Positions 39,250 through 51,570 of a stretch of DNA of 64,000 nt are shown piece after piece; the first letter of the stretch is position 1; each line of letters opens with the position of its first letter. The position numbers and the translations under genes are program-made. A model generated the notes under the pieces. That model did no database searches and was not told the DNA's origin. It saw only the letters and a list, made by a program, of their open reading frames with translations. Source of the stretch: Camelus ferus (taxonomy: Eukaryota); the NCBI RefSeq assembly GCF_009834535.1, contig NC_045700.1, forward strand, positions 46,190,001-46,254,000. Direction: 5' to 3'.

Positions 39250-39733
39250 AAAAAGGTACCCGTTCCACAACAAAACTTGTGCAAGACTGCTAGCAGCTTT
39301 GTTCGCCAATATCCCCCAACCAGAAACAACCGAACTGTGCACCGACAGGAGAATGGAGAAGCAAACTGAGACATACCCATGCAATGGAAAGCTTTTCACA
39401 TCAGTGAAAGGAGAAAACTACTGACCCACGCAGCAACATGGGTGAATCTTACAGATGTTATGTTGAGCAAAAGAAGCCAGACACCGAAGAGGGAGAGCAT
39501 GTTGTCAGATTCCTTTTACATGGAGTTTTAATACTGGCAGAATTTCTCTGTGGTGCTAGAAATCAGAACATCGATTGCCCCTGAGAGGCGGGAACTGACT
39601 GGAAGGGCGCATGAGGGAACTTTCAGGGGTAATGCAAATGTTCTATCTTGATTTGGGTGATTACAGGGTGTATATATTTGTCAAAACTTGTTGAACTTTG
39701 CAGTTGAATCGAGTGTTTTATTGTATACAAATT
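39250..39733 (+). mobile_element. L1ME-type 3' end
   Basis: gcaacatgggtgaatcttacagatgttatgttgagcaaaagaagccagaca...aatgttctatcttgatttgggtg. Confidence 0.8.
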
Positions 39734-39940
39734 CATTGACCCTTGAACAACACGGGTTTGAGCTTTGCAGGTCCACTCATAGCAGGGTTTTTCAGCAGTA
39801 AATACTATAGCAGTACACAACGTGTGGCTGGTTGAATCTGCTGATGTGGAGGGAGTGGATAGAGAGGGGCCATGAGAGACTCAGATTTTCTACTGCAGCG
39901 GGGTTGGCACCCCACACCCGCATTGTTCAGGGGTCAACTG
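39734..39940. mobile_element. Tigger2-derived MITE
   Basis: TIRs ca(g)ttgacccttgaacaa ... ttgttcaggggtcaactg followed by TA; ends 76 nt before exon 4. Confidence 0.85.
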
Positions 39941-40016
39941 TATACTTCAAAGAAAAGACAACTCATCCATCGGTAAAATGTTTACTTTTCTAATGACCAG
40001 TTTTGGGAATTCTCAG

Positions 40017-40163
40017 GACGCAGTGACCATCTGTACTCTGGGAATTGGGACGGCCTTTGGAGAGTCCATTCTGGACAACACACCCCGCCATGCGACCATC
40101 GTTACCAGGGAGAGCAGCGAACTGCTCCGCATCGAGCAGAAGGACTTCAAGGCCCTATGGGAG
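40017..40163 (+). CDS. RAPGEF4: RAPGEF4 coding exon (orthologous exon 4), CNB-A phosphate-binding cassette
   Basis: Acceptor ttctcag|GAC and donor GAG|gtgagc; 147 nt, phase 0/0. Translates [49 protein letters not shown], with the FGE...PRxAT cNMP-binding motif. Confidence 0.97.
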
Positions 40164-40290
40164 GTGAGCCCCAAGGCTTCTTTGTCAATTAACATGGTTT
40201 CAGAGAAGGGGCGCTGCCCCATGGGTAATGGCATTACAGTCAAGCCTTAATGTGTTCTGTTCCGGGCTGGGGGATAGAATTTAATTTTCA

Positions 40291-40453
40291 NNNNNNNNNN
40301 NNNNNNNNNNNNNNNNNNNNNNNNNNNNNNNNNNNNNNNNNNNNNNNNNNNNNNNNNNNNNNNNNNNNNNNNNNNNNNNNNNNNNNNNNNNNNNNNNNNN
40401 NNNNNNNNNNNNNNNNNNNNNNNNNNNNNNNNNNNNNNNNNNNNNNNNNNNNN
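40291..40453. other. Assembly gap (163 N)
   Basis: Run of n. Confidence 1.
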
Positions 40454-41599
40454 TGTATTTTCTCCCTCCTATTCCACAGATGTATTCTTAACTGGGGAAC
40501 AAAATACTTTGACATTTTCTTTGGCATTTTAAACATCCTCACTGACATGTTCCCTGGGAAAGTGGAATGAATGAGGTCATTCATTTAAATCTGCTTCATT
40601 TAAATGCTTCCAAAAATGACGAGTTCTGTAGCAAGGTGTGGGGAATGGGAGCCGTGAAGATGGCTGGTTACTTGCCAACTTGAAATGCATGGGGGCCACA
40701 GCGGCGGATGGTGCAGCCGGTCCTGGGTGGCTTGTGCGTTTCCCCGTAGGATACTGCGCTCATTTACAAGAAGGACGGGGAATAAATCATCTTATATGCA
40801 GTGATGACAAATGGAGCACTTCGAAAGGCCTTTGCATCTTTTACTCTCGTTCCTTTTCAGCCGTTCAAGCTTCTGATTTTAACCTGTGGTTGTTCCTTAG
40901 CTTTGTCCTCGGCTCAGTAGGTCCAAGTGTTAACCCACTGAGTTGGCAGGCTTCACCACTTGTCCCAGTGTGGCTAAGATTTTAAACTTGATCTAAAAAG
41001 AATTTTGTGTAATCAAATAGTTTCCTCCAGAGCCAAACAAATGACAGATGTATTAAGGGAGCAAACCTGCAGGTGAATGAGTGATGCTTTGCCTTGAAAG
41101 TCCTGCAAAGCCTTGGAAGGCCTTGGTGGTGAAACCTGTTACTTTTATTCTTGGCAGTTGTGAATAAATTGCGGGGTTACTTGTTTGAAATATTCCTCTT
41201 AGAAAATATTAAAGACCTCCACCCGCTCTGTAAAGTTCAGAGACAAAAGCGAGTTTTAGGAAGGCAGAGGTAAAGTTGGGTTTGCATGAGGTGTGTGCGG
41301 AGAGGTTTTCTGTCAATTAAAAGGGACCAAGCTTGAGGCAAATAAGCCGCTTTTGGGATCTTTCATTTTGAAAGGTAAACTGAAAAGTCCTTTCCAAAGA
41401 GAAAATTTGGAAAACTGGTTTAAGAACAAAAACGAACTCCTGCTTGTGATGTATGCCGTCACAACTCCTTTTATCTGCGATCCTTATTCAGGTTGCTGGT
41501 CAAGGATGGTTTACGGCAATATTTTAAAACTTATTTTAGTTAGGAGGCCTCAGTGCTGTGAAAAAAGTTCCTGAGAACTTGCTACCTGTGAACCGTTCT

Positions 41600-42330
41600 A
41601 AAAATTTATTAAAAAAATTTCAAACACAGAAAATCAAAAGGATAGTACACTGAGCACCTGTACACTCTCACTTAGTTTGGCAGTTGTTAACCTATAGCTG
41701 TATTTGCTTCAGCTCTTTTTTGCTGAACCACTTTTATGTCAATGACAGTCATCATGACTTTTCATTCTAAATATTAGCATGTATCTCAAAAAATCAGAAT
41801 ATCCTGCTACATGCCCAAATAGCATTATTTCACCTGCAAAACTAAACATAATATCCTAATATCTAATACCCAGTCCACAATTCAGATTTCCGCATAAATA
41901 TCCATAAATAAATTAATCCCACAAGTATTTTTCTTATCTGTTTCATTGCAAAGCAGGCTCACATAAAGAACCAAGCGGTACATTTGATTGTTACATCTAA
42001 GTCAGTCTCTCTTCCCTCCCTCCTCCTCCTCTCTTTCTGCCTCTCTCTTTATGGGATTGCCGTGTTAAAAAGGCCAGGTCACTTTCTCTCAAATTCAGAG
42101 TTTGATTGTTTTCTCATGGCGTCTTTTTGTACCCCTACCCCAGGGTTTCCTGTAAATGGAAGTTAGAGCTAAAAGTTTGATTAGACCAAGTCAAACATTT
42201 TTGGCAGGAAGTCAGAGGTCAGACTGAGTGCAGTAGGATGCTCGTTAACGTCTGGATGCTTCACTAGTTACTGATGCATTTGTTGATTAGTTTGATCTCT
42301 TGGTTGGATTGTATCCAGGTATATTTTAGG
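41600..42330 (-). mobile_element. L1MC/MD-type 3' UTR relic
   Basis: aaatttcaaacacagaaaa...ctaatatctaatacccagtcca...ttcctgtaaatggaagttagagctaaaagtttgattag. Confidence 0.65.
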
Positions 42331-42829
42331 GCTGTTTTTCACAGCAGTTTCCCTTAGAAGAAAATTATTAAGTGGGCATATTGATGTTGAAGGTGGTCCT
42401 TAGTATCTTAAACTTTGCCACAGTGGTTTTGTGGCTCAGTGGGTCCAACTCCTCATCTGTAACCTTGGAGCATGATTTCTGATCCCCTCACCAGTGACCT
42501 ACGTGAACTGAAAAGAACGGAGAGTTTTCAGTCTGACCTCTTATTCTATAGGTTGGGGTCTGGACCCTCATAGGGAGTAAGAGATTTGTAAGAGACATCA
42601 TTTTATTTACCTGTTCATGCACCAAGTACAGAGTGCAGATTAGGTGCTCGATCAGTGTTTGAACTGGCTACAGTGACAATGCAAGGAACTCTATTGGCTA
42701 GCAACTATGTGAATCAGAACTCATTAATGGGCACACTTGGGCATATACAGTGCCTGGTAATCTTAAGAAATTGTGAAATTCTAAATTACCTTCTGAGTAA
42801 AAAAGATAGACTCATGTTTATTCTACTGT

Positions 42830-42990
42830 TCATTTATTCAACAAATACTTAGTGTCAAGTTTGGCTATACCAGTGAACAAGATTGACAAGGCTCCTGCTT
42901 TCTGGGCCAGGGCTTCTATTCTACTTGGAAGAGACAGAAAATAAACTAGCATGTCGATAATACTATTTCAGAGTATAATATATCATTATC
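42830..42990 (-). mobile_element. L2 3' fragment
   Basis: catttattcaacaaatactt...gacaaggctcctgctttc...ttctacttggaagagacaga. Confidence 0.6.
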
Positions 42991-45900
42991 ATTAAGTACA
43001 TTTTATTTCTAGTCTTTGAATCTGGGTGATCCATTGATGGCACCTGTAACACACATCTGCTGGCAAAATATTGGATAACCAGGACACCTATTCCTTGATC
43101 ATGTCAGATAATAGAGTTTATAATTCAGCCATTCATTACACTGGTATGTAATAATCTATAAGCAAAATGAAAACCCAAGCTCAGGTTGTCAGCTGATGTC
43201 TAAGTTAGATCTGGTAGCCAAGATATCAAAAGGGGGGGCCTGCATAGCTTCAGGGTTCAGATAGAAGCCTCACTGAACCACGAGGTGGCAGAAAGAAGGG
43301 CAGCTGGACGGTATGCTGGGTTCTGCTTCTCCCATCAGCATGGTAAGGGGCTTACTTCGGCGCAGTAGGCATTGGATAATCTGAATCATGGATCTAAAGT
43401 TGCATGTTCATCTCATTTGACTACTTACTTTTGAGGGACGTCATGGTGGCCTGTCTTGTGGCAGGCACTCTTAGCGTGACTTTCCTTTTCTGTGCCCTTG
43501 ATGTTACTTAAAGTGGTTGAAGGATGAAACACAAGGACTGGAACTGTAAGTTACTTCCTCTAACTCGGAAAATTATGGTTTCTAACCATGAACAGGTACG
43601 ACAGTCTAAAAGTCGCTCTTCAATAGGCTGAGCGAGTGATCTGTTTTAAATCTCACACTTGGGACTTCAGTGGCAGTGGAGGGCTAGGCAGTCCTGCTTC
43701 CTCTCCTGACCAAGGCCAGCTTCCTCCGCTGTCCGCAGATACACGCTCGGAGAACTACATGTGAGATTTTAAACTCCTGCTCAACCTCATCCCCGATACT
43801 CTTGCTTTATGTTGTAAGTCAAATTGGTAGCACCCAGAGTATTTTTTTTTAATTGTCATCATAAGTGTGACCAGAAGTGTTATTTCAATCACCTCTACAA
43901 ATACATCAAATAAAATAAATATTCCCCAAGACAGGACTGAGGTAGCAGCTAGAGGCTTTTCTTTATACCCTCTGTCTTTCTTTATGAAAACTATTTTTTC
44001 CCCCTCCTTCCTTTCCTTGTTTCAGTTGCCAATTTGTGGTCATAGCTGAGGGTGCTGGCTTGCTTCATCTGAAAGTCAGGTCGTATTTTCTTAGCTTAAG
44101 TGAATTACAGCAAGTTTATTCAGAGTTGGTCAATAATGCTTCCCTCTTTTCACGCCTGTTTGATATTAGAACTTAATAAAAAATATTAACCAGGGTAAAA
44201 AAAATCTCAGTTTTCAACAGCATCTCAGGAGAGAGAGAAAGGAGAAAGTTATGTTCCTGAATTTCATTCAGAAGAAAATTTTAAAGTCTTAAAGTACCAT
44301 TTCTACTTCTTGGGAATTATAATTTAAACCCGTTCACCCTGGTGGCATTGCGTACCTTCGGGAAGGACGTTAAATGGCAAACCAGTTAAGTGTAGGCCTG
44401 GGAGTTTTAAGCCAGTTATTAGCACTTGATCCAAGACTGTGGACATTTATGAGTGCTGGTGGCTCTTGGAATAAATAAATACCAATTGTCCAATTCCATG
44501 CATTTCTTCTTAGCACATATAGTGTAGGAAGGTTTCCAGTGGTTTGAACAACAAGGGGTTTTTTGGCTTCCTCCCTGGCTTTCTGTCTAACGTTGTGTAG
44601 AGAGATGCTGTCAGGTTGGCAACATGTTTTGACATCTCTACCTGGAATATTCCAGGTCCACGCTATTGAATGAAGAGATGAGTCCAGTGTGTTCAGAGAA
44701 GCAGATTAGAGAGGCGCTCTCCATCGAGCTCATAAAAGCTGCCATTGAGGTCCTGGAGCTAGTGCCTGTTTACCTGTGTGTCAGCTGCATGAGCATCATT
44801 CTGGCCCTAAACCTCCCTTCCTTGTGAGCCATGTTTCAGCATGTCCAGAATAATAATGCACGTTTGCAAATAAATTATTTGAAATTTAAAAACAGCGTGA
44901 AACTGGAGTCTTTAAAAATAAAAGCAGTGTTTTAAATTTGTGATCTGACCTGTGCCAAGATAAAAGTGGCCTCTTAGCTGTAACAGTTACCCAGAAACAA
45001 TTGGGGTTTTATTCTAACCAGGGCACACAATACCACAGAGCACCGTTGCTCGGACATAGTGATTGATCCAGGAGTTTGTTCCCCAGATGTGTCTGCGGCC
45101 TCGGTGAATATTGTTAACTGACTGAAAATTTATTTTCTGCTTTCTGGAATGTGAAGCTGAGTGTTAAAAATAAGAACGAAGTGCATCTTTCTGTCATAGG
45201 AAGAGAGTGCAGTTTGTAAACAAGACTATTTCTAAGAGTGATGAATATTGTCAAAGACGTATTTTTACATCTATCTTTATTCCCTAATCTTGACAGAGTG
45301 TTTTATTTCTCGATTCTGTCAGCTACGCTGGCAGTTGTGGGACTGAAAGGCTTTTTAGTTATTTCTATTTACTGCCTCTTTTGGACTATGCAGAGAGAAA
45401 AAGCCTCTTTCCATGAATAATCTTTCGAGCCACTATGAGAATAGGAATTATTGAAATAGCAGCAGCTTAGTCTTTGCTGATGCACTTTAAAAACCATATT
45501 GGAATAATATACCTCTCAGAGGCATCTGCTCCTGCTCGAGTAGATTTGCTGTTCCTGTCTGTCTTGGGCTGTCAGAAAAACTAAAGCCAAATACTGAAAA
45601 CATTATATCTCAGAACATAAAATTCTCAAAAGCCCTTTGGGTGGGTTTTAATACTTTATTTCACATGTGAACAATTTCAGGTTGTTTCGCTTTTACATTA
45701 ATGGTAGGCTTTCAAGGTGGACTGGTATTTCGGATAAATGTTTTGTGGCCTGGGGATGGAGGTGGAATGCATGACCCGTCCTCAGACAGGACCTCCTGGC
45801 CTGCCTGTTACCGCCCAGGGATGCACTCCCTCATCTGACGATTAACTGGAGCCTCAGAGCCCCAGAACCTCTTTCTCCCAAGTTGGAGGCCTGCACTTAC

Positions 45901-46449
45901 TTTTGGCAACTATGGAACTTGTACTGTAGGGTTACTTCCCAGGCCAGAAATTTGCATCAAAGGGCTAAGAAAAATACATCCAAAAATAAACATGAAAGCC
46001 AAGACTTCATGCCAGGAACTCCAGCCACACACATCCTGTTGGCTGGTTCTCTTGCCTCTCTCCTCACAGTTCTGCTTCTTTTAAACTGAGCGGAAGCCTG
46101 CTCCGGTGACTTGGACCTGATGTCTGCACCAGGGTCTTACTCCTCTGTCCTGAAGCTTTTCCATGGAGTGGCAAAATGATTCAAATCCAGAAAGGAAGGG
46201 AATGAAGTTATTAGGAGGTAACTAAAGTTAAAATATACACATAGGAAGTCTTTTCCTATTGCCTTTGACTGCCTGAGCTTTCCTGGAGAGCCACCAGCCC
46301 CGCTTTTCTCTCTGTGGACTGAGATCCTCTTAACAGTAATAGATACTAAAAGGAAATTATCGGCGATGAAGGTGCATTTTGCTGTCCAAATACAGGACAG
46401 CTTTTCACTGGATGTCTGAGAACGTGGAGAAGAAGACAAAGAAGGACGT

Positions 46450-46461
46450 ATGCCCTACAAG
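46450..46461 (+). CDS. RAPGEF4: Putative coding part of alternative first exon 1b (Epac2B N-terminus, M-P-Y-K)
   Basis: ATG CCC TAC AAG|gtcaga, a phase-0 donor 6.3 kb downstream of exon 4. As I recall, human/mouse Epac2B starts MLYK|KYRQYM from a first exon in intron 4. The TSS cannot be determined from the sequence. Confidence 0.62.
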
Positions 46462-46637
46462 GTCAGAATTGATCTTTTTCTATTCTTTAGTGGGGAGATA
46501 TTATATGTCACAGTTTGTGGTTTGGCTTGAGGAATTATACTCTAAAACATCTCTGGCTTTTCTAATTATGTTCCACCAGACCTAACTATGTACCACGGCA
46601 CTGGCATAATTTGATTTCATCTTTATTGGTGTGTGCT

Positions 46638-46687
46638 GGGGGGGGGAGGGGGTCTGTGAGGGGGGAGGGTAGGGGTGTGGGGGGTGG
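46638..46687 (+). other. G-tract cluster / potential G-quadruplex
   Basis: G9-a-G5-tctgtga-G6-a-G3-ta-G4-tgt-G6, read directly. Confidence 0.8.
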
Positions 46688-49600
46688 CAGTTCATCTTTT
46701 TCTGATAGTAAAGAATATGTTTGTTTAGCCTGATGATCTTAAATGTTTCTGGAAGATAAACAAAGATATTTGTTCATAAGTAGGCAGCATTACATTGATC
46801 ATATTAATATTAAATATATGTATTTATCTGGTGAATGGCCTAAGTTAAAAATGAATTTGGGGCAAGGAAACAGATTGAGAATGATGGAATTTCACCTTCT
46901 GGACGCCCGGGAGGTCTCTTGCCTGCAGCTTCCAGACTATGTGAAGTCCGTAGTGTTTATGAGAATTCTGTTACATTATTGATGACTCCAAGTCCTACTA
47001 GCTCCAAAAGCCATGATCTCACTGCTTCTCAGAAGATGATCAGGGGGTCTGAATAGATCAAGGCTTGACTGGCAGGTGCCGGGAGTGCCCAGATGCTGCA
47101 GGCAGGCCAGTTGATGCGATGCTGTAAGCCACAGTGTCATTCCTTCCCAGCTGGTGCTCCTTTGGGCGTTCATTTCAGGAGCGTGCAGTGGAGACTTAGG
47201 TGTTTTAGGAGTTGCTGTTGGCAGAGGTTTTGAAATGCCTGCCCTGGTTGTGCATTTGCCCGCACACCATGGACATCTCCCGCCACCCTCTCCCTGCACT
47301 TGAACCTCGCAGTGGTGTCTTCCCTCCGTCAGCTCGCCTACTGGCTGGCATGCCTGCTAAGGAGCTGCTCAACTCCATGCTAATTGCTGCCACTTTGAAA
47401 ATTTCATTTCTAGAAGCTTCTGTCATATTCAACAGTGTTGGCTCCCACCACGGGAAGGTGCAAAATGCACCGTGTCAGTCTTTCTGGTTTGCTATCTAGT
47501 GGGGAAGACAGACAGGCATGAACACGAATCACCCTGATACCAGACAGACTGAAAGGCGCTATAAGAAAAATACAGGGTGCTGCGGGACACGTAGGGGAGG
47601 GCAGGGGGAGATTCATTTCCATCCAGGCTATCATTTCATCCAAAGACGGAGAGATCTGGTGACTTCTTTTGTGGCTAACCAGGCTGTTTTTCAGCATCCC
47701 TAAAGGACTGGGGGGTCTGTTAACCAAATTACAGCATTTGAGGCAGCCTTGTCCCAAGGGACTGACCCCACAGAAGAGGCAGGGCTTCCTCACTTGTGTT
47801 GTGCTGCATTCTGCCTCCTCCTCCTGTCCTGGGCCCCTGGGCCCCTGGGCCTGTGGGCAGGCTTGGTGAGGGGTCTGCCAGCCCTTCGAGGGTGTCATGT
47901 GTTCTGCTTCCAAACACCTGGCTTTGTGTTTTGTTTGTTGTTCAGTCATCATCTGGACAAATCTGCTCTGAGGTTTAATGGGTCCCCTGGGCAAAGGCAG
48001 TTCTAGTTGGGCAAACTTTTAAGAACTTGAGACTTTCAGACAGAACTCGTGGTATGGGCTGGGGATATTGTTAAGCTCTTTATGTGTCAGGAGCCCTGTG
48101 GTCATGGGACTTTCCTGCTCTCATCAGGCCAAATTCCACTACTCTGTAGTCTGCAGGCCACCGCGGAGAGGTTAGGGCACAGTCACTGGGGCAGGGAGTC
48201 TGACGCCGAGGAAGGAACAGCAGAAAATCCTGTCCCTAATTCGGCAGCTCTGAATCCCTGCAGTCTTGTCCATGGTTCATCTCCCTGACCTCAATGTTTT
48301 GAGCTGTCTCGCTCAAACCAATAAGTACAAGACAGACCTTCTGAAGGCTATTGATGTGGCCGAGTGGTCTGGCCTAAAATTCTGATCTATTCCTGGTTTA
48401 ACCCAACTTTACTGAATGACTTTTTGGAGGAGTCTCTAGCTTCCTGGGCCACCTATGTCTATGTGTGAAACAAAGACACCTTTACTTAAATTCCGCCTTG
48501 CTGGCAGCAGTGGTGCAGTGGTCCAAGTTAATGCTGGATGTTAGGTGCTTTATGAGTTGAAACCTTTAGTGACCTCCCTCATCTTTTGGCTTGCAATTTC
48601 AAGAAGACAGAGCCACAGGTTGTGTGAATGGAGAAGTTAAAGTATAGGCAACAGTTCATAGTGTATCAACATATATTACTTGAAAGGCAAGAAGAACTTT
48701 GGTATATTTCATCATGTATCGCTGTAATTCAGTGATACAGATGATCAAAAAGAAAAGGACTCTAAGAAAGACAGGTTGAGATCAGATCAGGGGATGGAGA
48801 TTAGGAAGGCCAACATCTGGGCTTGCTGGGATTCAGGGAACATGAAATCCCAGAGCGCTGCTTTCTGTCAAACAGACCAAGAAACCTGGAAGCTGAGAGA
48901 TTCTGGGGCTGAGAGAGCCCAGAGCAAGAGGCCAAATGTTGCTTGGAGACTGACCCAGAGGAAACTAAGGACTGTCATAGACATGCTCAGCGGATTGATC
49001 CACTTCGTTTCTCCAGGATGTGAAGGCCTGCGGGTCTTTATCAATTGGGACTTTCAGTGGGGGCTCTGCTGATGCTGGTGTAGCAAAGGTTACTCAAGGC
49101 CGTCAAGCCTGGGACCTTGGGTCATAGAAGGCGTAGAATGTTCCACAGCACTCTCTCATCTGTGTTCCCCTGGGACCTGGGGGAGTCTCCTCTGATCTCA
49201 TGTAAGAGGCAGGTGAGCGCCCTAGAGCATTCCACTTGAGGGGTCCATGGCACGATCCGTGTAAAGGCCAGATCGGATTGAAAAACTTCATGGTCATATT
49301 TGTTTTACATGTGATGTGCCTGGTGGGTCTCTGTGTGTGAATAATAACTCACAATGGAAGATGAATTTTATTGGCCACCAGCTGAATGCTGGGAGTCATT
49401 CTCATCTTTTTTACATATTAATTCTTTAGCAGTAAGTGCCAGCTTAGTCTCAAGAGTATAGTTTAAGTATCCCGAATTCAGTTATATGAAATTTTCGTAT
49501 AGAGAGCTTTCTTTTTGCTTAGGAAAAATTTAGGATTAGACCCAAATGTTCGTGTTTGGCTCTGAAGTAACAGAATTATTTGTTTAGTCCACTGACAGAT

Positions 49601-51570
49601 AGGTCTATGTGTAGAGTAAGGAACGGTCCAGAGCGGGTGCTTCTACTCCAGGCTTTGTGAGTCCTGGGAGTTCATGGAGCAGCTACTGAGAAACCTGCCA
49701 ACCTCTGATATTTTTTATCTGTCCGTGCATTTTTTCTGAAAAGAGGGTCCATAACTTTCATCGTAATTCCTGTTACCCCCATGAAGAGTAAGGACCATTT
49801 TCCGTAGAATCAAAAGGACACAGACCAGGTTATACAGCCTGTTCCTCCTTTATGTGGGAGAATATGAACAGTTGATTAACATGTCTTTACAGAATTTATG
49901 ATGGTGAGGATGGAGATAGAAAAATAATTTTTGTTGTAAGGCTGACATTGGTATCCAGAAACACTTTTTGTAGTGAAAAAGACAATTAGAAAAAAAATAA
50001 AATGCCAAGTTCTAGCTCAAAACAGAAAGGCATTGCACTGAGATTTTCTACCAAAGCCTGTTTTCAAGTAAGGGTTTCTAACTTACAGATCCATTGCCCC
50101 TTTAAATAGAGCACATTTGAGTGTTTTGTATTCAGTTCCAAAATGATTGAACTTTAATAATTTTTCATGGAAGTGTGGTTTTGTATTTGTATCTCAGTAC
50201 CATACCTTTCCCCTGAAGACAGTCCACGTTTAATAATGCTCATAAAACTAACTGAACAGCTTCAGACAACTGTACTTTTAAAAATTAGTTATATATAACA
50301 GCCCTTCATACAAAGTAAGAACTGTATTTTTTATTTTAGAAAGTTGATTTATTGAGATTAGATAATGCATGCATTTGGTTAAAAAAATTTTTTTAAGTCA
50401 GCAGGGTGTATATAATGAAAAATGTATTTTTCTTTCACCTCTGCCCCTAACCACCAGCTCCCTTTTCTAGCAGCACCCCCCGGATTTTGGCATTTTCTGT
50501 AGAGTATTTTATATAGAATATTCACTTTAATTGGTTATTGGCCAAGACTTCTAAAGCTGATGTTTGACTCTTCTTCTCAACCCCTTGAGAAAGAAAGAAA
50601 AAATGTTTAAAATTTCTTAAAGTATCAAGACACTATGAATTGCAGTCTTCACACAGATTGACCTTAACGTACCTGCCCAGGGTTTTAGTTTACTTTCTCC
50701 TTTTGCTTTTCCCACAACTTGACTCTCCTGATCTTTGTCTGATCTTTTAAATTTGAGAACATTATTGCAAAACATATATGTCAAACAGAAAATTCTAACC
50801 AAGCACGTAATAGTCTTTGCAGTATAATTTTAATTTTTAGTTATTAAGAACCAGTAATTTTGTTGAAAATTCAAACTAGGATATATAATAGTATTAAATA
50901 TGTAAGAAATATAAAAATAATACTTCCTTTAATTTGAATAAAGATGTTTAGTTATTATAACTATGGGATATCACTTTGATATCATGCTATAAATAATACG
51001 TGGGAAATTCTTTTGGCATTAATTTTATAAGATGTTATTCCTGTAAATAACCCTCTGTCTTCTGCATTTCCTGGGTTGATGTATATGTACCAATCAAGGC
51101 AAGCATCCCTTATGGTGTAGATGACCTTGCTTCCATGGCCCTTGAGAGAATAAATATTTATGTTGACAGTGCAGCTGCCATGAATTGAGTTCATAAAATT
51201 GGGTTTGGGTATTTTAATCTGATGTATTATTCTTGCTTGATTTCATTGTGCTGTCTATGGTTCCAGGGCTATAAATCAGGGGGAGTGTTTGCCCACAAAG
51301 GAAAAAGAGAGTGGGAATAATATGAAACATGGCCTTTGTTTTTATTTAAAGTATTTCTTCACTTGGGTACCTGTTTTCTTTCGGCTGCAAGTTCCCAGAA
51401 TCTTATCATTAAAAAAAAAAAAACAAACAGGTTTATGGTGATTTGGGATAAGGGGTAGCATAAAGCTCATAAAACTAAAATGTGAAATAAGAGTGAGGGG
51501 TGTGGTAAAAAGAAACCTATTTTTTTTTTAATGTGCGAAAGTAGGACATCGTATACAAATTCAGACAATA

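Noticed and set aside
47410-47994. 194-aa minus-strand ORF
   Set aside because: No recognisable homology or motif; GC-rich intronic sequence depleted of stops.
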